Origin: Candidatus Kuenenia stuttgartensis | GTDB lineage: Bacteria > Planctomycetota > Planctomycetia > Pirellulales > UBA1268 | Direction: 5' to 3' | NCBI GenBank assembly: GCA_945870505.1 | Contig: CAMBSN010000001.1 | Coordinates: 4,795-68,794 of the forward strand | DNA: 64,000 nucleotides | Part shown: positions 1 to 8,550 of the stretch, piece by piece | Layout of the letters: the number at the start of each line of letters is the position of its first letter | How positions within the stretch are numbered: position 1 is the first letter of the stretch | Program-made: the position numbers and the translations under genes | Notes under the pieces: generated by a model | What the model saw: the letters and a program-made list of their open reading frames with translations, nothing else | Databases searched by the model: none | What the model was told of the DNA's origin: nothing

Positions 1-1966
1 CGAGCGCCCGCTTGAAGGCGGCAATCGCCTCATCTTTCTTGCCCTGCTTGAACATCGCCACGCCGTAGTTGTTCATCAGCGCGCCGATCGCCGGGTCGAA
101 GGGGATGTTTGGGTTGCCAGTCGCCTTGATGGCGTCTTCGCGCCCCTTTTCCATGCCCTGGATCAGTTCGAGGTACTTCTCCTCGGCCTCGGCAAACCGG
201 TTACCCGCGGCCAAGGCATTCGCGAGATTCATATGGATCGCGGGCACATGGGGTGTCACGCGGACCGCTTCCTTGAACTGCTCGATCGCGTCATCGAGCC
301 GTCCCTTTGACGAGAGGGCGGTGCCGAGGTTGTTGTGCGTCTCGCCAAGGTCTGGGCGGAGGGCCGTCGACCGCGTGAAATGGTGGAGCGCCCCCTTGAT
401 TTTCACCTGCGTCGCCGGGTCGAGCAGCACCGGATTCGGTACCGGGATGTCGTCCACGTGGCCGCGGGCGAACTTCTTCGCGCCGAGCCGGTTGTGGGCC
501 TGCCAGGCGTTTTCATTGTGCTGGAGCGTGTGGGTCCAGAGTTCGTCCTCGTTCACCCACGTGACGGCCAGTCCGTAGGACATCCAGGTAAGCAGGGCGA
601 GTCCGGCGGCGCAGCCCGCCACGAGGAGCGGCCGCTCGCCGGAGGGCAGCCGCTCGTACCAGGCCGCGACCGCTGCCGCAATCAGGGCGATCAACCCGAT
701 CATGGGCAGGTAGATGAAGTGGTCCGCCGCCCAGGTGATCCGCATGTAGGAGATCGTGATGAACCCGAGCACCGGAGCGACCATCAACACGAAGAAGCCG
801 AGGCCGAAGATCGCGTGCTTCCCCCACGTGGCACGGTTCTGCCAAAACCACCACGCCGCTCCCAGAATCACCGGGATCGGGAGGAGCTGCCAGGCCTTGG
901 GCGGGTCGATTTCCCAGCGGGTGTAGATCGGCAGGAGGTCCACCGGCCACAGGATCGTGGCGACGTAGAAAAGGGTCGACATCCCCGCGATCGCCAGCCG
1001 GGAGAGAATGCCCTTGATCGACGGCAGGCCGTTCTCGAAGTACGGCGGGACGATGATCGTCTCCTGCCCGATGGCCCGACCGTGCTGAAAGTAGATCGTG
1101 ACGATGCCGAGCACGATCGAGATCACAAAGAACGGTGCCGCCCGCACGAGGTCGCGGACCGTCACCTCGCCTCTTTTCCACCAGGCGTAGAGCAGTAGCA
1201 CCACTGGCAAGGCCACGACCGATGTCTTGGCCAACATCGACAGCAGGAAGAATACGATCGCAAGCCCGTACTGCCACCACTTCGCGGGATCGTCCTCGGC
1301 CGCATCGTCAAACTTCACGAAACTGATCGCCGCAAGCAGAAAGAGCGGCATCGAGAGCGTGTTCTTGAGTTCTGACACCCAGGCGACACTCTCCACGCAG
1401 ACAGGATGCACGGCAAAGAGGATCGCCCCAAACCAGGCGCATGGTATTTTCATCACGGCAAACAGCCGCCACAGCAGCAGCGAGCCGATTGCATGGAGCA
1501 CCACGCTCGTGGCATGGAAGCCCGTTGGCCACGGGGCCGACGGACCACCGGGCTGGGTTGGCCCCCCCGTTCGAGGATCCATCTGGAAGAATGGCCATTG
1601 GGCCCACAGCGCCGAGTAACTGAGCGGGAAGTAGTCGGCGCCGTCCGGGTTGAACCAGAGTTTGGCGAGCGTGGCGGCCGAGTCGGGTGGAACGTTCGGG
1701 TCGGGTGAGATGCGGTGCTGGACGATCTGGTTGGCAGTGAGCAGTTGGTCATCGTCCCAGAGCCAGTCGGCGTGATGCACCGGATGGCATACGGGGGAGT
1801 AGACCCAGAGGCAGGCGAGCACGATGACAGCGGCTCGCATCAGCAGTTCCTGCCAGCGACTTGCCGGCTCGACGTTCGCCGTCGAGGGAGTTATGGCCGA
1901 GGGAGGGGACTTTACCGAGCGGCCCTGGCCTTGCCTGGGGCTCACGTTCTCGCGGGGACTGGCCAT
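1..1966 (-). CDS. TPR-repeat polytopic membrane protein (TMTC/PMT-like architecture); C-terminus runs off the window
   Basis: Absent from the supplied ORF track because this minus frame has no stop before position 1. My translation from ATG 1966-1964 reads MASPRENVSPRQGQ..., with an upstream in-frame stop at 2024-2026. It shows many hydrophobic helices (LHAIGSLLLWRLFAVM, FFVISIVLGIVTIYF, HAIFGLGFFVLMVAPVLGFITI). TPR-like repeats follow (GETHNNLGTALSSKGRLDDAIEQFKEAVRVTP; NNYGVAMFKQGKKDEAIAAFKRAL). Confidence 0.7.
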   Translation of the reverse strand, partial: MASPRENVSPRQGQGRSVKSPPSAITPSTANVEPASRWQELLMRAAVIVLACLWVYSPVCHPVHHADWLWDDDQLLTANQIVQHRISPDPNVPPDSAATLAKLWFNPDGADYFPLSYSALWAQWPFFQMDPRTGGPTQPGGPSAPWPTGFHATSVVLHAIGSLLLWRLFAVMKIPCAWFGAILFAVHPVCVESVAWVSELKNTLSMPLFLLAAISFVKFDDAAEDDPAKWWQYGLAIVFFLLSMLAKTSVVALPVVLLLYAWWKRGEVTVRDLVRAAPFFVISIVLGIVTIYFQHGRAIGQETIIVPPYFENGLPSIKGILSRLAIAGMSTLFYVATILWPVDLLPIYTRWEIDPPKAWQLLPIPVILGAAWWFWQNRATWGKHAIFGLGFFVLMVAPVLGFITISYMRITWAADHFIYLPMIGLIALIAAAVAAWYERLPSGERPLLVAGCAAGLALLTWMSYGLAVTWVNEDELWTHTLQHNENAWQAHNRLGAKKFARGHVDDIPVPNPVLLDPATQVKIKGALHHFTRSTALRPDLGETHNNLGTALSSKGRLDDAIEQFKEAVRVTPHVPAIHMNLANALAAGNRFAEAEEKYLELIQGMEKGREDAIKATGNPNIPFDPAIGALMNNYGVAMFKQGKKDEAIAAFKRAL

Positions 1967-2361
1967 GAAACAGCGTTCCGGATGAGGGTCGGTTCCGTCC
2001 TGCGGGAGCAAAAGAATCGGCTCTCAGCCCCCGCGGACGGAGAGGTTTGCAGCCTAAACTCCGCACGGAATCGACACAATCGCCGCGGTTTTTCGTCGTT
2101 TCCCACTGTGGATGTTGCTTGACCCAATGCTGCCAGCGGTCTAAAACCGACGCTTAGTCTGCCCCTTGGGTAGGCATTTCCAGAGCAGGAACCGCTCGTG
2201 ACCGCGTGCTGATTCGGGTTTGGAGCCTTTCGAGACCGGCATGCCCTGTGGCATAGCCGGCGTGGTCTCCCCGTCAGCCCCGATGCGATCCTGCCGCGTG
2301 CGTCGTGACCATCCTTTGGGTCGCCGGCGGTAGTTTCATCGGCAGCTTCCAAGTCCGTCTC

Positions 2362-2390
2362 TTGACGCGGTCGTCGCCGTCGCCTTAAAT
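2362..2390 (+). promoter_or_regulatory. Candidate sigma-70-type promoter (TTGACG-17 bp-TTAAAT) upstream of the DUF1559 gene
   Basis: TTGACG at 2362-2367 and TTAAAT at 2385-2390 with a 17-bp spacer, 16 nt before ATG 2406. Promoter consensus in this lineage is uncertain. Confidence 0.25.
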
Positions 2391-2405
2391 GCAATAGAGT
2401 TGCAC

Positions 2406-3104
2406 ATGCCATTGAATCTCAAAAGTCGTCATCCCTCCGCGTTTACCCTCGTGGAGCTGCTCGTCGTGGTTTCGATCATCGCCGCACTGATCGGGCTGCT
2501 GCTCCCGGCCGTGCAGGCGTCGCGGGCAGCCGCCCGAAGGACACAGTGCTCCAGCAACCTCCGTCAAGTGGGACTCGCCGTGGCGCAGTTCTGCGATGCC
2601 CATCGCGGCCAGTTTCCCGACACGTCGCATAACCAGTCGGGCGATCTGGAGCAGTCGTGGATCTACACCGTCGCTCCCTTCATGGAGAGCGTCGACGCGA
2701 TCCGCATCTGCCCCGACGACCTCAAGGCGGCAGACCGACTCGACCAGAAACTGACCAGCTACGTGATGAACGCCTACCTGACGAACGAGCCACGGTCGTT
2801 CGTCGTCACCAACCACAACAAGCTCCGCGCGTCGTCAAAGACGCTCGTGGCTTTCGAAATCGCTGACCAAAAGGCCCCAATCATCGAAAATGATCACGTG
2901 CACAACCACGCCTGGTTCACGTCGCTGACCGTCGCTCGCAAGCAGGTGCTCCAGAAGATCGAGGCCGACGCCGCCATCGAGCGACATGCCGGCTCGTCCC
3001 ACTTTCTCTACGCCGACTGGCACGTCGGGCCGACGCCCGCCGTCACCGTGGCCGAGTGGGCCGACACCCAAACCCCCACCGACAACTTCTGCATTCCCAA
3101 ATAG
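2406..3104 (+). CDS. DUF1559-type protein with prepilin N-terminal cleavage/methylation domain
   Basis: N-terminus [48 protein letters not shown] (pilin-like methylation motif plus DUF1559 start). C-terminal HFLYADWHV. The ORF track starts at TTG 2400; I prefer ATG 2406. Confidence 0.8.
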   Translation: MPLNLKSRHPSAFTLVELLVVVSIIAALIGLLLPAVQASRAAARRTQCSSNLRQVGLAVAQFCDAHRGQFPDTSHNQSGDLEQSWIYTVAPFMESVDAIRICPDDLKAADRLDQKLTSYVMNAYLTNEPRSFVVTNHNKLRASSKTLVAFEIADQKAPIIENDHVHNHAWFTSLTVARKQVLQKIEADAAIERHAGSSHFLYADWHVGPTPAVTVAEWADTQTPTDNFCIPK

Positions 3105-3146
3105 GGTACGGCAGTGCTCACGTTTTCCTGACAGGAGAATCTCATC

Positions 3147-4043
3147 GTGCGTTCGCTCCGAGTTGGCCGTTGCATCGTGATTCCCGTCGTGCTGATGGCC
3201 ACCCTCGTTGCCGCCGTCTCCGCCCAGGATGTGCATTACGACGTGTTCGTCACCTCGAGCGGCTCGAGCCTCGTCATCGGCGGCTACGACGACGCGGCCA
3301 CGACGGCGACCGTGCCGGCCGATCAGATGCGGGTGTTCGGCGGAGAGGTCGTGCCGGCCACCGGTACCGCCGCCCCCTACGAGAGCGCGAGTCCCGGCGA
3401 GCCGGGCTTCCGCGCCGCCACGCAGTCGTTCCTCAACAACCCCTCGCTGACCACGCCGGCGGGCGTCTACACAGCCCTGCCTGGCAGCACGCCCCTAACA
3501 TTCTCGTTCCTGCCAATCTCGATCGGCAGCGACAGCCGCAACCTCTTCTACTGGAGCGGCACCGGGAGCGTCGCCTTCGCGCCGGTCGGCGCCGACGTGT
3601 CGCTCGACCTCGCCAAACAGGGAGGAGGAGGCTGGACGACCGGCATCAACGGATCCTCGGCCGCGGTGATCGCCGGCAACACCATTCAGGTGACGTCGGC
3701 GGGCGTCTCCGCGGGAACGGTGCACACGCACCTGTTCACGTCGATCGCCAAGGCCGGAGCCGCTCCAGACCAGGGCTTCTATCTCTATGCCATGCAACTT
3801 GGAATGACGGGCTTGCAGTCATCCGATTCGCTGTATTTCGTTGTCGGAGCCCTCGACCCGGCCACCCTGACTCCCGAGCAGTTTGCCGACTTCGAGATGG
3901 CCCACGGCCTGGCTGAGGTCTGGGTCGAAAACAACCTGGCTGCGGTGCCGGAACCAGCAAGCTTCGCGATCATCGGCCTTGGGCTGGCTGGACTGGCCGG
4001 GACCGCGTCGCGGCGCATGGCGGCCCGGGCCAGCCGCCGCTGA
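3147..4043 (+). CDS. PEP-CTERM sorting-domain secreted protein
   Basis: Signal-peptide-like N-terminus (VVLMATLVAAVSAQD). C-terminal VPEPASFAIIGLGLAGLAGTASRR matches the PEP motif, a TM helix and a basic tail. GTG start with GGAG upstream. Confidence 0.75.
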   Translation: MRSLRVGRCIVIPVVLMATLVAAVSAQDVHYDVFVTSSGSSLVIGGYDDAATTATVPADQMRVFGGEVVPATGTAAPYESASPGEPGFRAATQSFLNNPSLTTPAGVYTALPGSTPLTFSFLPISIGSDSRNLFYWSGTGSVAFAPVGADVSLDLAKQGGGGWTTGINGSSAAVIAGNTIQVTSAGVSAGTVHTHLFTSIAKAGAAPDQGFYLYAMQLGMTGLQSSDSLYFVVGALDPATLTPEQFADFEMAHGLAEVWVENNLAAVPEPASFAIIGLGLAGLAGTASRRMAARASRR

Positions 4044-4095
4044 TACCCGCCACCGCCAGGCGGACGTTCCGGAAAATACCGGGCCTCCGTCGGTT

Positions 4096-5172
4096 ATGAG
4101 GCTGCAGAGTCTGCGGTTGTCCTTTTGGGCATGTTCCTCCACCGGGAACGCCCAGAGGAGCAAAACCGTGATTGCTGCCGCCAAAAAGGCGTTGAAACTG
4201 CTGCCACGCGGCCGGACGACACGCCCCGCCTCGCGGATCACCGCCGCCGATGTGGCCGCCGCCCGCCGGCGGGCTGAACTCGCCGCCCGACGCGAGGCTT
4301 TGTTCGCCCGTGAGATCGACTACATCCCCTGCCGCCAGTTCCTCAAGGCCGACGCCGAGGCCTTGGCGACCAAACCCCCGGCCGACGCCGCCGTGCCGCT
4401 GGAGTCTCATGACGGACCGCCGGCAGATGCCAAGGGACTCACTCCCTACCTCGCCAGCCTGTATCAAAACCGGCTGCTCTCCAAGGCCGAGGAGCAGTTT
4501 TACTTCCGGCGGATGAACTGGCTGAAGTTCCGCGCCGCGACGACTCGCGGGCGGCTCGACCGCCGCCGAGCGACTCTGCGGCAGATCGAGCAGGTCGAGG
4601 GCTGGCTCACCGAAGCTGAGACCGTGAAGGCGATCCTCATCACCTCGAACCTCCGCCTCGTCGTCTCGATCGCGAAGAAGTTCATCGATCCCTCATGGAC
4701 GTTTGACGAACTCGTCAGCGAGGGCAACGTGGCGCTGATGCGGTCGGTGGAAAAGTTCAACTTCGCGCTCGGCAACCGCTTCAGCACCTACGCAACCTAC
4801 GCCGTCCAACGACATTTCTTCCGCCTCTCGCACCGCGGTCGCCAGTTCCGCAAGCGGTTCGTGACCGACGACGAGGCGCTTCGCGATCGTGCCGAGGCGG
4901 AACTGAACGCCGAGTACTGCTCGACGGAGCAGATCGACGTACTCAAGAAACTCTTCAGCCAGTTCCTCGGCGACCTCGAACCTCGGGAGCGGAAGATCGT
5001 CGTGGCCCGGTTCGGCTTCGATGGCAAGCCACCCCGGACCTTCCGCGAACTCGGCAGCCAGATGGGCGTCTGCAAGGAGCGGATCCGCCAGATCCAATCC
5101 CGTGCCATGGAAAAGCTCCGGTCCATGGCCTCCGAGGCCAGGCTCGAGCAGACCGTCGGCGACTGGCTCTGA
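4096..5172 (+). CDS. Sigma-70 family RNA polymerase sigma factor
   Basis: Region 2: NLRLVVSIAKKF...ELVSEGNVALMRSVEKFNFALGNRFSTYATYAVQRHF. Region 4 HTH: RTFRELGSQMGVCKERIRQIQSRAMEKLR. The ORF-track start at 3883 overlaps the upstream PEP-CTERM gene, so I use the first ATG after it (4096). Confidence 0.8.
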   Translation: MRLQSLRLSFWACSSTGNAQRSKTVIAAAKKALKLLPRGRTTRPASRITAADVAAARRRAELAARREALFAREIDYIPCRQFLKADAEALATKPPADAAVPLESHDGPPADAKGLTPYLASLYQNRLLSKAEEQFYFRRMNWLKFRAATTRGRLDRRRATLRQIEQVEGWLTEAETVKAILITSNLRLVVSIAKKFIDPSWTFDELVSEGNVALMRSVEKFNFALGNRFSTYATYAVQRHFFRLSHRGRQFRKRFVTDDEALRDRAEAELNAEYCSTEQIDVLKKLFSQFLGDLEPRERKIVVARFGFDGKPPRTFRELGSQMGVCKERIRQIQSRAMEKLRSMASEARLEQTVGDWL

Positions 5173-5193
5173 GACGGGGCATGATTATCCCGG

Positions 5194-5344
5194 GCGTTCG
5201 CGAAGCTCGGAACTGCCCCCGCCCGTCGCTGCATCCCGTAGCACAGGTTTTCAACCTGTGTGTCTTCCCGGTTCGCATTGGGATCGGGTGTGATTCCGGA
5301 AGGGGGAGCAGCCGGATGAGAGGCACGCGCAGAAGCCGGTGAGA
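5194..5344. repeat. Intergenic mosaic repeat, copy A (left module, palindrome 5236-5260, right module)
   Basis: GCGTTCGCGAAGCTCGG and about 84 bp of right flank (GTTCGCATTGGGATCGGGTG.GATTC.GGAAGGGGGAGCAGCCGGAT...GGCACGCGCAGAAG.CGGTGA) are shared at roughly 90 percent (by eye) with 27244-27510. Core palindrome CCGTAGCACAGGTTTTCAACCTGTG. Confidence 0.85.
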
Positions 5345-5498
5345 CTTGTGCCACGTCGCGGTCGCGCCGAAGCGTTTGAGAAGAGAACTCACAAGTCCCG
5401 CCGGCGCCGAGCATGTCGCCGGCCGGCTGCGGGGCCGCTCCGACAAGCGACGATCAACTTGTAAACCGCATGAGCCTCTGAAGCCCGACGAAAAAGCC

Positions 5499-5527
5499 TT
5501 GCACGGCCAGACGTCGATCCCTATCCT
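5499..5527 (+). promoter_or_regulatory. Candidate promoter (TTGCAC-17 bp-TATCCT) upstream of lpxD
   Basis: Hexamers at 5499-5504 and 5522-5527 with 17-bp spacing, about 50 nt before ATG 5576. Motif match only. Confidence 0.2.
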
Positions 5528-5575
5528 CCCGCTCCGCCCGGACTCCGGACGGAGGCCCCACGGGAGGATTGCAGC

Positions 5576-6631
5576 ATGGCGATCACGCTCTCAGAACTGG
5601 CAACGAAGGTCAGCGGCACGCTCGTCGGCGGTGAGCCGACGCAGTCCGTAAATGGCGCCGCCACGCTCGACTCCGCCGCGGCCGGCGACATCACACTCGT
5701 TGACGCGGCCGACAAACTCCATCTGCTCGCCAAGAGCCGCGCCGGCGCCGCGATCGTGCCCACAGGCACCGGCCCGCTGGATCGGCCGTCGATCGAGGTC
5801 GCCGACGTCCACGCCGCGTTCACCGCCGCGATCATCACGTTCCGGCCGCCGCGGTCCGAGCCCCGGATCGGCGTGAGCCCCCTGGCGGTCGTGCACTCCA
5901 CCGCCCGACTCGCTTCCGACGTCGACGTGCATCCGTTCGCGACAATTGGCGCCGACGTCGAAATCTCCGCCGGGGCCACGATCCACTCCGGCGCCCGGAT
6001 CATGGCCGGCTGCCGGATCGGCGCCGCGAGCGTCGTCTTCCCGAACGCGGTGCTCTACGAGAACACCGTCGTGGGCGCGCGGTGCATCGTCCACGCCGGC
6101 GTGGTGCTCGGCGCCTACGGCTTTGGCTACAAGCCCGGTCCCGATGGCTACACGATCTCGGCCCAGCTCGGCTGGGTCGAACTCGCCGACGACGTCGAAG
6201 TTGGCGCCGCCACCACGATCGACCGCGGCACCTACGGCCCAACGGTGATCGGCGCGGGCACCAAGATCGACAACCTGGTGATGATCGCCCACAACTGCCG
6301 CCTCGGTCGCCACAACATGATCTGTTCGCAGGTCGGCGTGGCGGGCAGCACGACGACCGGCGACTGGGTGGTGATGGCTGGCCAGGTCGGCGTCCGCGAC
6401 CACGTGCACATCGGCGAGAAGGCGATACTCGGCGCCCGCTCGGGAGTGTCCAACGACGTCGAGCCTGGGAAGATCGTGCTCGGTGAACCGGCGATCGACC
6501 TCCGCGATCGCAAGCTGCAGCTCGCCACGATCTCGAAGCTTCCGGAGATGCGTCGCGAGCTCAAGCAACTCACCGCCCGCGTCGCCAGCCTCGAAGGAAC
6601 AAGCGGCCGGGGAACCGCCGAGGCCGCCTGA
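5576..6631 (+). CDS. lpxD: UDP-3-O-acylglucosamine N-acyltransferase
   Basis: 351 aa. LpxD-type N-terminal domain followed by a long hexapeptide-repeat beta-helix (GARIMAGCRIGAASVVFPNAVLYENTVVGARCIVHAGVVLG ... MICSQVGVAGSTTTGDWVVMAGQVGV). An lpxI homolog lies immediately downstream. Confidence 0.9.
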   Translation: MAITLSELATKVSGTLVGGEPTQSVNGAATLDSAAAGDITLVDAADKLHLLAKSRAGAAIVPTGTGPLDRPSIEVADVHAAFTAAIITFRPPRSEPRIGVSPLAVVHSTARLASDVDVHPFATIGADVEISAGATIHSGARIMAGCRIGAASVVFPNAVLYENTVVGARCIVHAGVVLGAYGFGYKPGPDGYTISAQLGWVELADDVEVGAATTIDRGTYGPTVIGAGTKIDNLVMIAHNCRLGRHNMICSQVGVAGSTTTGDWVVMAGQVGVRDHVHIGEKAILGARSGVSNDVEPGKIVLGEPAIDLRDRKLQLATISKLPEMRRELKQLTARVASLEGTSGRGTAEAA

Positions 6632-6642
6632 CGAGGAAGTCC

Positions 6643-7569
6643 ATGCCCGCCCCGCGCTCCCCCGCCTGCGACCGTCCCCCTCTCGATGGAGAGATCGTCG
6701 GCATCCTCGCCGGCTGGGGACGCTATCCGGTCGTGGTGGCCGAGGAGATCCGCCGCCGTGGCGGCCGCACCGCCATCCTGGCGATCCGCGACCACGCCGA
6801 CGCCGCCCTCGAGCCACTCGCCGACGTGCACGGTCACATCGGTATCGCCGAGATCGGCACGGCGGTGGAGTTTTTTCGCCGTGCCGGAGCCGCGCGGGCG
6901 ACGATGGCCGGCAAGATCCACAAATCGAAGATCTTCGCCCGCGGGGCCTGGGTCCGGCACATGCCCGACTGGACCGGCCTCGCGACGTTCTGGCCCCATT
7001 TCGTCAGCCGTCGCCGCGACAACTGCGACGACTCGCTGCTCAACGCGATCGCCGCCACGTTCGACGCGGCGGGGGTGGCGATCTGCCCGGCCACCGACTT
7101 CGCCCCCAACCTGCTCGCCGCCGACGGCGCGATCGCCGGCCCTGCCCCCACCCGGCAGCAGCTCGCCGACGTGGCCTTCGGCTGGCGGCTCGCCAAGGAA
7201 CTCGGACGGCTCGACATCGGCCAGACGGTGGTGGTCAAGGACCGCGCCCCGCTGGCCCTTGAGGCGATCGAGGGCACTGACGAGTGCATCCGACGCGCCG
7301 GCCGGCTCTGCCCAACCGGCGGCATGACCGTGGTGAAGGTGGCGAAGCCGCAACAGGATCTACGGTTCGACATGCCGACGATCGGCGCAGGCACGCTGGA
7401 GTCGCTGGCTGCGGCAGGCGCCACCGTGCTCGCCATTGAAGCGGGGCGGACGATTCTCATCGACGAGCCCGAGCTTGCCGCCACCGCGCAGCGGCTCGGC
7501 ATCTGCGTGGTTTCGTGCCACGATGCCGACGGCCTGCCATTCGTCGAGGGCTTTCCCGACGCGGCATGA
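6643..7569 (+). CDS. lpxI: UDP-2,3-diacylglucosamine pyrophosphatase LpxI (DUF1009 family)
   Basis: Motifs GILAGWGRYPVVVAEE, LDIGQTVVVKDRAPLALEAIEGTDECIRRAG, VVKVAKPQQDLRFDMPTIG. Lies directly downstream of lpxD. Confidence 0.75.
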   Translation: MPAPRSPACDRPPLDGEIVGILAGWGRYPVVVAEEIRRRGGRTAILAIRDHADAALEPLADVHGHIGIAEIGTAVEFFRRAGAARATMAGKIHKSKIFARGAWVRHMPDWTGLATFWPHFVSRRRDNCDDSLLNAIAATFDAAGVAICPATDFAPNLLAADGAIAGPAPTRQQLADVAFGWRLAKELGRLDIGQTVVVKDRAPLALEAIEGTDECIRRAGRLCPTGGMTVVKVAKPQQDLRFDMPTIGAGTLESLAAAGATVLAIEAGRTILIDEPELAATAQRLGICVVSCHDADGLPFVEGFPDAA

Positions 7570-7606
7570 AGCCGAGGTCGCATCGGCGGCTTATACTGCC
7601 GGTCGT

Positions 7607-8392
7607 ATGCTCGTACGACGAATCCACGACGCGCTGTTCATCGCCTGGCTCTGCCTCGCAGCGCTGGTTCCCCACGGCAGTGCCGCCGACGCGACATCCG
7701 GACGGCCGCTGGAGATTGACACGGCAGTCGATGCGTCGATCCCAATCCCGCCGGCCGCAACGCACCATCGCGGCCGCGAGATCGCCCAGACGATGCACTT
7801 CACCGGCGCGCCGTGGCTTGTGCGTGAGAGTCGCCAGCGGGAAGAAGACTGCAGGCTCTTGCTCGATGCACTCGACGTGCGGCCCGGCCAGACCATCTGC
7901 GACATGGGCTGCGGCAACGGCTTTTACACGCTCGAACTCGCGCGGCGAGTTGGCCCCGAAGGTCTTGTGTACGCGGTCGACATCCAGCCGGAGATGCTCC
8001 GGATGCTCGCCGAACTGGCCGGCCGGGAGGGGCTCACGAATATCCGGCCGGTGCTCGGCACCGCGATCGATCCCCGACTGCCAGTCGCCACGATCGACCT
8101 CTGCCTGTGCGTCGACGTCTATCACGAGTTCTCCCACCCCGACGCGATGCTCGCCCGCGTCCGCGAGAGCCTCGCCGGCGGGGGGCGGCTGGCGCTCGTC
8201 GAGTTTCGTGGCGAGGACCCAGCGGTCCCGATCAAGCCGCTTCATAAGATGACTAAGGCCCAGATCCGCTGGGAGCTCGAACCGGCCGGTTTCGAGGTAG
8301 TGGGAGAGTTCGACCGCCTGCCCTGGCAGCACCTCGTGTTCCTCGGGGCGAAACAGCCCGGCGACCCGGTGAAGAGCCTGGAAAAACCGTGA
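7607..8392 (+). CDS. Class I SAM-dependent methyltransferase with an N-terminal signal-peptide-like segment
   Basis: SAM motif I ICDMGCGNGFYTLELA, then VYAVDIQPEML and GGRLALVEF. N-terminus MLVRRIHDALFIAWLCLAALVPHGSAADA. Start moved to ATG 7607 to avoid overlap with lpxI. Confidence 0.75.
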   Translation: MLVRRIHDALFIAWLCLAALVPHGSAADATSGRPLEIDTAVDASIPIPPAATHHRGREIAQTMHFTGAPWLVRESRQREEDCRLLLDALDVRPGQTICDMGCGNGFYTLELARRVGPEGLVYAVDIQPEMLRMLAELAGREGLTNIRPVLGTAIDPRLPVATIDLCLCVDVYHEFSHPDAMLARVRESLAGGGRLALVEFRGEDPAVPIKPLHKMTKAQIRWELEPAGFEVVGEFDRLPWQHLVFLGAKQPGDPVKSLEKP

Positions 8393-8550
8393 AATCACGG
8401 GTTTCGTGCCCCCCCAAGGCCGGGTTCTGATTATTCCGACGGCGCCAGGTTGCATTCGCCTCCGGCCAGCCGGATACTGGTTTCAGCAGTCAGCCTCGGA
8501 CCGGAGAGGGTCTCGCTGACCTACCGCTGACCTACCCATGCTGGTGCCCT

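Noticed and set aside
3883-4095. Upstream extension of the sigma-factor ORF
   Set aside because: It overlaps the PEP-CTERM gene's C-terminal sorting signal in another frame and has Trp/Arg-rich composition. The first ATG after the upstream stop is preferred.
4955-5446. Recurring peptide strings (..HRLKTCATG.., ..AQVENLCYG..) in track ORFs at 4955-5446, 27361-27582, 56774-57151 and 61733-62617 as possible conserved micro-proteins
   Set aside because: They are translations of the palindromic repeat core in both orientations. The similarity is explained at the DNA level, and the surrounding frames are not conserved.
5591-6817. 408-aa minus-strand ORF opposite lpxD
   Set aside because: Shadow ORF opposite a hexapeptide-repeat gene, with an Arg-rich translation.
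8514-8535. Perfect tandem 11-mer CGCTGACCTAC x2 upstream of the sigma-54 activator gene
   Set aside because: There are only two units in 22 bp, too short to distinguish from chance or replication slippage. It is mentioned under the activator finding only.
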